A stretch of 64,000 bases of DNA from a virus, in IMG/VR virus record IMGVR_UViG_3300030104_003796, positions 2,936-66,935 of that record; one strand, 5' to 3'. The notes below the pieces were generated by a model. The model ran no database searches. It saw only the letters and a program-made list of their open reading frames with translations, and was not told the DNA's origin. The position numbers were made by a program, and so were the translations under genes. Positions 30,831 through 38,961 of the stretch are shown here, piece by piece (the stretch's first letter is position 1; the number at the start of each line of letters is the position of its first letter).

Positions 30831-31091
30831 TCATTCGACATATCTCCATTCGGTCGGGCTTGTGTTAGGCACTTTCTCCATATTCTTGTTTCGTGCCGCA
30901 TGGTTGCTTAATTGATGCACAGTAAAGTCCAATCTCCTACACGGTTTGTATTTATCCTTGCGTATATCATTGAATTCCCATGATGTGTATAATGTGTTAG
31001 TGCGAACATTTTGTAGTATTCCTCTAAGAGTCTTGGGTCCTTTAACGCTTAGATATTGAACAATCGCTCGCATCTGAATATCGTTCCTCAT
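30831..31091 (-). CDS. Putative winged-helix protein
   Basis: AIVQYLSVKGPKTLRGIL...QLSNHA...W pattern. Confidence 0.45.
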   Translation of the reverse strand: MRNDIQMRAIVQYLSVKGPKTLRGILQNVRTNTLYTSWEFNDIRKDKYKPCRRLDFTVHQLSNHAARNKNMEKVPNTSPTEWRYVE

Positions 31092-31161
31092 TGTTCCACC
31101 TTCTTACAAGAATACATCGAACAATAGCCGATTGATTGATTGCACTTAGGGCAAATCGGAA

Positions 31162-31365
31162 TCATTGTTTCATCTCCTTTACAAATGCCTTCTCTCGGTC
31201 TGCAATTGTGCGAGGCAACGATTCAAACCACTTCTTGACTCTCGCCTCATTCCAATTACCGTTATTATCTGCAAATTTAGACTTCATTAAATTATACCGT
31301 TTCTTTATTCTATCTAAAGCGTATTTATCTCTCGCAGGTTGTCTGCTATTCCAACTACTTCCCAT
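31162..31365 (-). CDS. Hypothetical basic protein
   Basis: ORF in a tightly packed - strand run. Confidence 0.5.
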   Translation of the reverse strand: MGSSWNSRQPARDKYALDRIKKRYNLMKSKFADNNGNWNEARVKKWFESLPRTIADREKAFVKEMKQ

Positions 31366-31366
31366 T

Positions 31367-31651
31367 TTATTTAATCCCCCTTTGTCTTTCTATATGCCTA
31401 ACTCGTTCTATATCTTTTTCATAACATGAGTCGCATATATTTGATACATTACAAAAGTCTTCAAACATCTTCCAATCGCCGCAGGATTCGCATTCGACAC
31501 AATCGCATTCCTCAATACCAAATTCCTTTAAATCTTGGTGCGGCATAGCCTTGTCGCATACAGGGCATACATCGTGGTCGAAAACCCTTGAGGGCAATTC
31601 GTCCTCATCAATACATGGGTCTGAACCATACCATACATCTTCGCTTCTCAT
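31367..31651 (-). CDS. Cys-rich zinc-finger-like protein
   Basis: CPVC, CDC, CESC, CDSC. Confidence 0.55.
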   Translation of the reverse strand: MRSEDVWYGSDPCIDEDELPSRVFDHDVCPVCDKAMPHQDLKEFGIEECDCVECESCGDWKMFEDFCNVSNICDSCYEKDIERVRHIERQRGIK

Positions 31652-31857
31652 AGTGCCGACCTCAAATATAATGGCTTCTTCTCCGGTATATCAATCTGTG
31701 CTTTAACACGCTTCGCTGGCGATACTATCCTCCCTTCGGAAAAACATACAGGACATTTCTCCCATGTCTGATATACTTCATCAGACACATAGCCATACTG
31801 TGTATCATCTCCGCATATTCGCTTGAATGTCGTTCCGTCTATGATGTGTTGCCTCAT
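31648..31857 (-). CDS. Small zinc-binding protein
   Basis: H...CG...CPVC; ATGA overlap with its neighbour. Confidence 0.5.
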   Translation of the reverse strand: MRQHIIDGTTFKRICGDDTQYGYVSDEVYQTWEKCPVCFSEGRIVSPAKRVKAQIDIPEKKPLYLRSAL

Positions 31858-32084
31858 TCAACCCTCTCCTTGTAGTCGGGGTGTTGTTCCGGCAATCGGT
31901 GTAGTCTGCGCTCACATAGATTGTTAATCAAGTTAGCCGCCGATTCAAAACCTTTCTCAAATCGTTCCTTAGCCACCTTATCTCCAACAGGACATAAACG
32001 ATGGCGTAGTGGTTCAATATCCACCGTATCTAAAAGATGGTTAAATATTTCATACTCAACATGGGGTATCGTCTTCGCTCTCAT
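31854..32084 (-). CDS. Hypothetical protein, first gene after a repeated promoter
   Basis: ATG lies 20 nt downstream of the 26-bp promoter motif. Confidence 0.6.
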   Translation of the reverse strand: MRAKTIPHVEYEIFNHLLDTVDIEPLRHRLCPVGDKVAKERFEKGFESAANLINNLCERRLHRLPEQHPDYKERVE

Positions 32085-32104
32085 ATATTTACATCATACC
32101 CAAA

Positions 32105-32130
32105 GTATTTAACCTTTTTTATCGTGAGTT
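32105..32130 (-). promoter_or_regulatory. Repeated promoter, copy 1 (AACTCACGATAAAAAAGGTTAAATAC)
   Basis: One of five 26-bp copies with an A-tract (BRE position) and TATA box. Confidence 0.8.
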
Positions 32131-32538
32131 TTACATTTCCGGTTCACGATAACAATGTAGGCACATATCGGGGGAATACGGCGGAAATACACGCAATTTA
32201 CCACATGAACACTTCTGAGCCGCCGCTCGTTGCTTAGGAGTCATCACAGTCGGACTTCTTGTATAGGTTAAGTCCTCTTTCTCACGCACAAGGTATCGGT
32301 CAATATCATAGACAAGATGTTTAGCCGACACACCAACGGCATTCTCGACCTTCTCCGTTCCAACAACAATAACCTGTGTATTTTTTCTCAAGATAGACGA
32401 GAGAGAATGTGGGGATGGTATGTTCCTAACGGATTTGTGTTTAGCCAAAAGTTTAGCCATGCGCTCTTTCGTGCTTTCGCCATGTTCCCACAACAAATCA
32501 ACAACAATTCGGCGTATGCGCCGATTGTTCGCGCTCAT
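32131..32538 (-). CDS. Winged-helix protein with C-terminal zinc ribbon
   Basis: IVVDLLWEHGEST...SLSSILRK; CSC...CLHC. Confidence 0.55.
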   Translation of the reverse strand: MSANNRRIRRIVVDLLWEHGESTKERMAKLLAKHKSVRNIPSPHSLSSILRKNTQVIVVGTEKVENAVGVSAKHLVYDIDRYLVREKEDLTYTRSPTVMTPKQRAAAQKCSCGKLRVFPPYSPDMCLHCYREPEM

Positions 32539-32564
32539 AACATTTAAGAATCAATGATGGTTAT

Positions 32565-32750
32565 TTAATCACTTCCCAAATCGAACCACATCATACCCTC
32601 AAGTGTAGCATCTGAATCCACATTAGAGGGTGATTTAAGATTTACAATGTATTTAGGCGCACCAAAAATAAGCACTATAAATAATTGAAGGATTGGTCCT
32701 AATAATGGGATTAGAAGTAAAATAAAACAGGTTGTTAGACTCATAGCCAC
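32565..32750 (-). CDS. Small membrane protein
   Basis: Long hydrophobic N-terminus. Confidence 0.45.
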   Translation of the reverse strand: MAMSLTTCFILLLIPLLGPILQLFIVLIFGAPKYIVNLKSPSNVDSDATLEGMMWFDLGSD

Positions 32751-33400
32751 TTATGCACCCTCTCCTTCCGCTTTTTAATCACGGTTGGTATGTCTTTATT
32801 AACGGCTCTAACTTGATTGGCTACGGTAGGTTGATTTTGGATAATCAAATCCCAATACAAATCATCCGACCTAAACGGCTTTGGTGTCTTATCAACCTTC
32901 TTTTTTCTCTTAGGCCACTTCATCCTACCGTTGGTAGGTTCAACACCATAAGAAAGAATAGCCTTTGTCTTTTTATCATCGAGGACTAAATTAGTAGCGG
33001 CAACAAGACGATGCAATCGAATATCCTTGTTATTCTCCTTTAGGAAAGAAAAAATAAGGGGTATAGGAACATCAGCAATCTGATGTAGCACCCGTCTTCT
33101 ATCAGTCCAGCCGAATAACCATTCTATTCTGCGAGAATAATTGTCGTTGTTTTTCTTTAGGCTCGGATGGATTGCTATTCTCTCATCGTGATTCTTAGAT
33201 AACTTAGGGTATTTGTCTGTGATTACCACTAATCGGTGTGAGATAATAGGCAACCATTCGTTAGCCTTCTTTTCGGTGAAATTATCTGCGTGTAAAATAA
33301 AGGTTATATTTGGAGTCGTTGGTAATGTGTCTATCTCACCATACATCTCAATACAGTTTTCCGTTCTGAATGGTTCGGGGTCAGAAGAAAAAATAATCAT
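32741..33400 (-). CDS. Hypothetical protein
   Basis: 219-aa ORF coupled to its neighbours; no motif recognised. Confidence 0.6.
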   Translation of the reverse strand: MIIFSSDPEPFRTENCIEMYGEIDTLPTTPNITFILHADNFTEKKANEWLPIISHRLVVITDKYPKLSKNHDERIAIHPSLKKNNDNYSRRIEWLFGWTDRRRVLHQIADVPIPLIFSFLKENNKDIRLHRLVAATNLVLDDKKTKAILSYGVEPTNGRMKWPKRKKKVDKTPKPFRSDDLYWDLIIQNQPTVANQVRAVNKDIPTVIKKRKERVHKWL

Positions 33401-33524
33401 TAGATAACCTCAAACACCTTAAGGATAACCAAAACAGAAAGAAAAAGATTAACAACACTTATTCCTGTTCTGTAAAACGCCATCGTTCCCATGTGGCCGT
33501 TAGCCCATTCCTCATCTCCCACCA

Positions 33525-33782
33525 TTATTCATCCCTCATAAACGGGTCATTGACTAAGATGTAATCCTTGAGCCTATCCATTTGTTTTCGGTTAATGTTC
33601 CACGCTTCACACACGGAAACATCAGTTAGTTTGTAGCCACCCACATACCATCTAACGCCATCAGATTGTATGACGGCGAGAAGCCCATCATCCTTCATGG
33701 CTTGGATTAACTTAGGCCATTCGTGTTCGTAAATCGGCCTCGCCCATAGGCTTCTGCGAGAACCACTACGCCATGTCTTCAT
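33525..33782 (-). CDS. Hypothetical protein
   Basis: ATGA overlap with the upstream gene. Confidence 0.55.
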   Translation of the reverse strand: MKTWRSGSRRSLWARPIYEHEWPKLIQAMKDDGLLAVIQSDGVRWYVGGYKLTDVSVCEAWNINRKQMDRLKDYILVNDPFMRDE

Positions 33783-34405
33783 TCAACCACCTTAAATTTA
33801 GCGTCTATTATATTTGGTTCATTTAACAACCGCATTTTATTTTCTATACGGTCTAATAATTCGGGTTGCTCAATCAAAGTATCAACGAGTATTCTATTCA
33901 TCTGATTGAGTCGTGCTTCCGCGAGAAGCAATTGAGAATCAACGCCTATTTCTTTCTTCAATTGACCTACCAATTTCAGACTTGAATTAGCCTGTGCAAT
34001 CAGACGGGCGGCATCGGCTACAAATTCTGATGTGATACCATCACCGCTTGCTTCCTTTTCATCCTCTAACTCATCAAGATAGCCACGAATACGGAATACA
34101 ATGTCTTCTGCGGCATCTAACGTGTTGATAGATTGTCTTCGTGCATCCTCTATGTGTTCGGCCTCAGACGGGTCGTAATCAATATGATTTTCCATGTGTT
34201 CCATGATTGTTCCTTCAGCCCACCCATGCTTCACTTCTAAAAAATGAGGGCCTATTTCTTCTGTGTGAATCTGTATCTCGTATTCCTTCCGGTCTTTGTG
34301 TTTGCACATAGGGCAACCACCATCGAGAACCCACCTTAGAACCTCAACGGTGAATGGGTCATCCTCACGCACCATTCGGTCTTCTATCTCTCGTCTTGTT
34401 CTCAT
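33779..34405 (-). CDS. Zinc-finger/HTH plus coiled-coil protein (possible terminase small subunit-like)
   Basis: CPMCKH...HMENH followed by long amphipathic helices and an IIDAKFKVVE tail. Confidence 0.5.
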   Translation of the reverse strand: MRTRREIEDRMVREDDPFTVEVLRWVLDGGCPMCKHKDRKEYEIQIHTEEIGPHFLEVKHGWAEGTIMEHMENHIDYDPSEAEHIEDARRQSINTLDAAEDIVFRIRGYLDELEDEKEASGDGITSEFVADAARLIAQANSSLKLVGQLKKEIGVDSQLLLAEARLNQMNRILVDTLIEQPELLDRIENKMRLLNEPNIIDAKFKVVE

Positions 34406-34731
34406 GTATTGAACCCCCTTAATGGGTCATCAGCCCACCACTTATCGTAAGTTTCCTTGTCGCAGGAGAATACATACGGTTCTCTTGAGTTCATTCTTTT
34501 TTTCTTGAAAGCAGGACACCGTAACATTCTCATAGAAACCTGCATATAACTTTGTGCGCTTCTATTTACCCTGTAAAAATTACCAATTTCACCCGACCTT
34601 AAATCGTTCTTGTATCTCATGTTATCATACACAGTAGCGGCAGTAAGTGGTCTGCCTTCTTGCACAAGGTATCGGGCCGCACATTCAAGGGCTTTACTCC
34701 TACTCCATTTTGCCCTTTTGGTTTTACTCAT
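34402..34731 (-). CDS. Putative winged-helix protein
   Basis: AARYLVQEGRPLTAATVYDNM...VSMRM...FKK; likely start MSKTK after GGGGTG. Confidence 0.45.
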   Translation of the reverse strand: MSKTKRAKWSRSKALECAARYLVQEGRPLTAATVYDNMRYKNDLRSGEIGNFYRVNRSAQSYMQVSMRMLRCPAFKKKRMNSREPYVFSCDKETYDKWWADDPLRGFNT

Positions 34732-36055
34732 TATTTTCACCCCACTTCTGAGTCTTAACAGGTTCAGCAGGATTGCCGAATCTGCAAGTAACACCTTTCC
34801 TACCTCGACCTGTTTTTGTTGGCGTGTATTCTGAATACCATGCTCGACCCTCAAGGTTTTCTTCTATCCACACCTTAGCCATTTGGTAGTCGCCATTTGT
34901 AATCATTCTGCTAATCTCCTTGACTAACTGCGACTTTGGTAGGTCTTTCATCCAAAAGGTCGAGCGTATCAATTCAAGGTCTGCATCCATAACCCTACGC
35001 CTCATATCCAACGATTGATTAAGAATAGCCCTTAATTTTTCATCGAGTTTAACAATCAATGGGCCTCCGCCTTCGTAATCTTCCTGCATCATGGCGTAGC
35101 CGATAGCAAGCCTTCGGAATAAGTCTGCCTCAAAAGAGCGAACATCGGGTCGGTCAATCCATTCCGCTAAGTCGTCATCAAAAATAATACCCGTTGGTGG
35201 ATTTGCTACGGCCTGTTCCATGCGTTGCCTAAACCATGTGCGAATTGCTATGGTTCTATTGGCTATGTCTAATCGCATCTCCGGCGAAGTGTTCGCCTGT
35301 CGGTGTTGAGCCTGTTTGAATAACCTTTCTTTTTCGGGAGTCATCTGTATGTCTATGATGAAGAACCTTCGGTCAAGCCCCGAATCTAATTCAAATCGTG
35401 CTGGTTGCGTTCCAGCCCATACTGTGTAGCGTGTAGTGTATCTAACCCAACCTGCTCTCATAGCCTTGTTCACCCTTCCATTGTCGAGAGAAGTAAGTAA
35501 TTGATTCTTCATGTCGAGGCTATGGTCTTTCTTAGCCGCATCAGACATTGATGAAAATTCTTCAAACCCTAAGAAGCCGCCGCACATCTCCCTCGCTAAA
35601 GGTCGGCCCACAATTTCTCCTTCTTCACCAACAGAACCAAACATACCTGCTTCTGTGATAGAGTTAGGCGCAAGCATGGTTCTAAACCCTTCTCCGAAGT
35701 CTGCGTTTTGATAATAAAGAAGCCCTGTTCTTTCTGCTAAGAACAGATTGATTAAAACGGATTTACCCGAACCCTTGTTGCCTCTAATTAGTATATGTAT
35801 GCGCGTGTCCGGTAATTGAGCCATAGGTGTGTAAAAGGGCATATTGGGGTGGCGTAAAGGACAAGCCTCGATTGCGTAATCCCCTTCTTCATAATTTATC
35901 AACGGGCTATCGGGGTCGAAGTCGCATCGGCTACACTTGTTAAGTGCATTGAAAATGTGTGCGCCAATAGAACAGATGAATATGTCTAACTTATCTTCAA
36001 CATCAACATAATGGTTGTCTTGAACGAATTTGTGTAGCGAATCAAATATCTTCAT
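34724..36055 (-). CDS. MCM-like AAA+ helicase (compact)
   Basis: IHILIRGNKGSGKS Walker A, ITEAGMFG, GFEEF Walker B, LDSGLDRRF arginine finger. Confidence 0.75.
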   Translation of the reverse strand: MKIFDSLHKFVQDNHYVDVEDKLDIFICSIGAHIFNALNKCSRCDFDPDSPLINYEEGDYAIEACPLRHPNMPFYTPMAQLPDTRIHILIRGNKGSGKSVLINLFLAERTGLLYYQNADFGEGFRTMLAPNSITEAGMFGSVGEEGEIVGRPLAREMCGGFLGFEEFSSMSDAAKKDHSLDMKNQLLTSLDNGRVNKAMRAGWVRYTTRYTVWAGTQPARFELDSGLDRRFFIIDIQMTPEKERLFKQAQHRQANTSPEMRLDIANRTIAIRTWFRQRMEQAVANPPTGIIFDDDLAEWIDRPDVRSFEADLFRRLAIGYAMMQEDYEGGGPLIVKLDEKLRAILNQSLDMRRRVMDADLELIRSTFWMKDLPKSQLVKEISRMITNGDYQMAKVWIEENLEGRAWYSEYTPTKTGRGRKGVTCRFGNPAEPVKTQKWGENNE

Positions 36056-36785
36056 CGAACATCCCCCCTAAAAATGGCTCATCAATTTTATACTGATTAT
36101 TTAATATATCATACAATTCATCTATTATCAATTGCTCATGCGTCAAGTCGTGAGTATCAGACAAGAAGCGGCAAAGTGTATTCGCCGCCTTACGGTCTAT
36201 TAAAGTGTCGGCTTTGATATTTATTGTGAATAACCCCTCTATATCCGGCAGTATAGCCTTCGCCACCATAGGGATAGACCATGAGAAACCATCAACAGGT
36301 ATCGTGTCTGTGATTAGTCCTTTGTTGGTAGTCATTATCACGCCTTTACGGGCTTCAATAGCCCAATCATAAACATACAAATCCCCTATGCCTAATTTTT
36401 CTGTTTCACCCGCATACGAAAGACAAGTGATGACCTCAACCCCTTTATCTTCTAACAAAGGTAACAACCAATTCATCACCTTGAATAGAACATTAGGCTT
36501 CTGTGTTTGTCCGGTCATCCTTAGAACCCAACAACGCTCATCTAATTCATTGTATGTTTCATACAACAACCAACAAACGGGGATGGGGTCGGGAAAGATA
36601 TTTTCATCATCTATCTCTAAATCAGATGAATAAATTTCAGCGATAGGTTTTTCTATTCCCTCTTTTTTTACAATAGCCATTCCAGCCATGAATGCCGAAT
36701 GACTCGGATGCTCGTTCTCCTGCACGATAATTAGATGCGTGGATTCAGCGAATACATCATTCTTCAACCATACTATTTTCTGCAT
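36042..36785 (-). CDS. PAC2 (proteasome assembly chaperone)-like protein, tentative
   Basis: WLLPLLEDKGVEVITCLSYAG, GFSWSIPMVAK and IDRKAANTLCRFL resemble PAC2 family blocks. Confidence 0.45.
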   Translation of the reverse strand: MQKIVWLKNDVFAESTHLIIVQENEHPSHSAFMAGMAIVKKEGIEKPIAEIYSSDLEIDDENIFPDPIPVCWLLYETYNELDERCWVLRMTGQTQKPNVLFKVMNWLLPLLEDKGVEVITCLSYAGETEKLGIGDLYVYDWAIEARKGVIMTTNKGLITDTIPVDGFSWSIPMVAKAILPDIEGLFTINIKADTLIDRKAANTLCRFLSDTHDLTHEQLIIDELYDILNNQYKIDEPFLGGMFDEDI

Positions 36786-37131
36786 TCAATCTCCCCCTTT
36801 CTTGCACTATTGCATCTTTGAAAAATTTAGGTAAAGTATTACCCGTATTATTTGTTATCATGGCTCTATCGACTATTTCTCTTAGCGACCTTGCTCGCCA
36901 TGTATATGTCGTTGAATTATTACCGGATGTATTCTTGTATTTTATTGCCTCTCCTTTTTCAAAGAGTGGGGAGTGAGATAAAATCAAACCTAAATTTACT
37001 AATCTTGGTAAATGAAACCGCGTATTGTTGTCCTTCAAAAAATCATACACTTCGACTGTTGTTCCACCATTGTTCCGTTTGAGAAATTTATAAGCCTCAT
37101 TCATTACTCGTCTATTCCGCCTTTGCGCCAT
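36757..37131 (-). CDS. Putative winged-helix protein
   Basis: AYKFLKRNNGGTTVEVYDFL...LGLILSHSPLFEK...W. Confidence 0.55.
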   Translation of the reverse strand: MAQRRNRRVMNEAYKFLKRNNGGTTVEVYDFLKDNNTRFHLPRLVNLGLILSHSPLFEKGEAIKYKNTSGNNSTTYTWRARSLREIVDRAMITNNTGNTLPKFFKDAIVQERGRLNAENSMVEE

Positions 37132-37180
37132 ACCTCATCCTTCATTCTCCCCTTCTTAATTGTTTCAATGTGTTGGAAAA

Positions 37181-37330
37181 ATAGAAAAAGAAATAATCGT
37201 GGTACTGCGAGCCTATGCTGTATTTATTTTATTTCTTCAAAGGTATGTAAGATAGGTAAGTATTCCTAACTATCTTTGAAGTAAAAAAAGAATTAACGAA
37301 ACCGCATTACTGCGAGGCATTTATTTTTTC
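37181..37330 (+). repeat. Conserved cis-element copy 1 (TACTGCG boxes around a CTTCAAAG..CTTTGAAG inverted repeat)
   Basis: Colinear with the reverse complement of 53800-53950, including 23/23 identity (37221-37243 vs 53890-53912). Confidence 0.8.
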
Positions 37331-37855
37331 TCGCGGTTCTGCAAAGTGCCGAAATAAATCATGTTCAAATTGGTTTTGCTCCTGAGATGTGCGTACCACA
37401 TCTCTTGACTTGATAGCCCAATCCCGATTCATGCGAAATATTAACGGTTGCTTTTCTGTTGCGATATACCATTCTTCGATTAGGGCTAAGAAATAATTAG
37501 TGATTATTCCTTTTATCTGCTCTTTACTCAGAAGGTTTGGTGGTTTGTATGCCTGTGCCTTCAAGGGTTGAAGGGGCATTCGCATCTGCTTGTCGTCAGA
37601 CCATATCGCCATAAAGCGGCGACCACGCACAAGCATTTGCTTCTTAGTGATTGTAAATTGTATCTGATGAGTCAAAGGATAATCATGCACAAGAATTTTA
37701 ATGCTTGTTTCTTTTGACGCTTGCGAATCGTATTCGACTTCTAATCTATTATCAACGCTCAAAAGCGACTGATTTATTTCTTCACAGATATTTTTTAGGG
37801 TGTAAAAAAACCCTTTATGGTGCATCATAGCATCGTTCCTACGACAATAGAACAT
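37307..37855 (-). CDS. Hypothetical protein
   Basis: 182-aa ORF whose 3' end runs into the conserved element. Confidence 0.55.
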   Translation of the reverse strand: MFYCRRNDAMMHHKGFFYTLKNICEEINQSLLSVDNRLEVEYDSQASKETSIKILVHDYPLTHQIQFTITKKQMLVRGRRFMAIWSDDKQMRMPLQPLKAQAYKPPNLLSKEQIKGIITNYFLALIEEWYIATEKQPLIFRMNRDWAIKSRDVVRTSQEQNQFEHDLFRHFAEPREKINASQ

Positions 37856-37943
37856 AATGCGAGTATAATTAAAGAGATTGTCTGTAAATAATCAACGGTT
37901 GTTTCTTTTTCCCTCTCAAACAATTCTTTAAAAGATTCACGAA

Positions 37944-38561
37944 TCATGCAAGCACCGCCTGTTGCTCAAGGCTGAACCAATCGGGCATAGGTCGCCCCTT
38001 CTTCCACTTAGCGAATGCCTTAGCGTGGTAGTAGCGGCGGTATGCTTGAACCGCATCATCACCGCTTGCGTGGCTATCACCCTTTACTTCGGAACGATAC
38101 ATCATTTTGCCTTTCCCTTGCCCGTATTTTGGATTGAATGTTGGTCTTATCTCCGGTAGGTGATTAGGTCTGAACTTATCGGGCATAGCGAGAGCAAACG
38201 GTGTTAGGTCGCCTTCGGGTATGAGATAGGATAGACCATACAGAATCTCGATACCGTTAGCACAGTAATGCTCTTTGCCGAATCTCTTTGTGTATTCCTC
38301 GCATAGAGCCGCACCGTGATGCGCCGCCCATAGGTAGTTATCTCTCGTCATAGACACCCAAATGGTGCAAGGGTGGTTGTGATAGCCGCCCTTGAGAGGC
38401 GTTCCCTTCTTAGTGAGGGGCATCATGTCGGGTGTAGCACCATGTTTGATAACACTTGAACCTAATTGTTGGTAAAGTTCGACTACCATTTTCGGGATAT
38501 GAATATCGCAATACATCTTAGCCGCCGCTATCGGGTCTTCGTCTAACACAAATATGTTCAT
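37944..38561 (-). CDS. Pyrimidine-dimer DNA glycosylase/endonuclease V-like protein
   Basis: MNIFVLD...CDIHIPKMVVE, HNHPCTIW, EYTKRFGKEH, AYRRYY. Confidence 0.75.
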   Translation of the reverse strand: MNIFVLDEDPIAAAKMYCDIHIPKMVVELYQQLGSSVIKHGATPDMMPLTKKGTPLKGGYHNHPCTIWVSMTRDNYLWAAHHGAALCEEYTKRFGKEHYCANGIEILYGLSYLIPEGDLTPFALAMPDKFRPNHLPEIRPTFNPKYGQGKGKMMYRSEVKGDSHASGDDAVQAYRRYYHAKAFAKWKKGRPMPDWFSLEQQAVLA

Positions 38562-38827
38562 TTCTTATTCACCCACTCATCGAATGCTTTTTTATTAGTC
38601 ATTACATATTGTCGTGCCGCACCAATCCTCGCACCGGATGGGTAGCAGGTATCAACGCCACGCGCACCCCGTAGTATTCCAGCAATTATATTAACACTAT
38701 AATTTACCTGCTTCTTGCTTTTCCTATATCCTATACGGTCTGCAATCTGTCCTGCGAATAGTGGCCCGTTGGCTTCCGCCAACACCTCGCCTACCTCGCG
38801 TCTTAGTAGTATCTTTTGTCTTCCCAT
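38558..38827 (-). CDS. Putative winged-helix protein
   Basis: EVLAEANGPLFAGQIADRI; ATG lies 20 nt after promoter copy 2. Confidence 0.6.
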   Translation of the reverse strand: MGRQKILLRREVGEVLAEANGPLFAGQIADRIGYRKSKKQVNYSVNIIAGILRGARGVDTCYPSGARIGAARQYVMTNKKAFDEWVNKK

Positions 38828-38847
38828 AACTAAACCTCGCATCAATA

Positions 38848-38873
38848 GTATTTAAACTTTTTTATCGTGAGTT
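38848..38873 (-). promoter_or_regulatory. Repeated promoter, copy 2 (AACTCACGATAAAAAAGTTTAAATAC)
   Basis: Same 26-bp motif. Confidence 0.8.
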
Positions 38874-38961
38874 TTGGGTGGGCCGGTTTGTGTTGAGGTA
38901 ATAACACAAGAAGAAGAAGAAATTTACCCTTCGTTTTTTATACCGACTTCACCCCAAAGGG

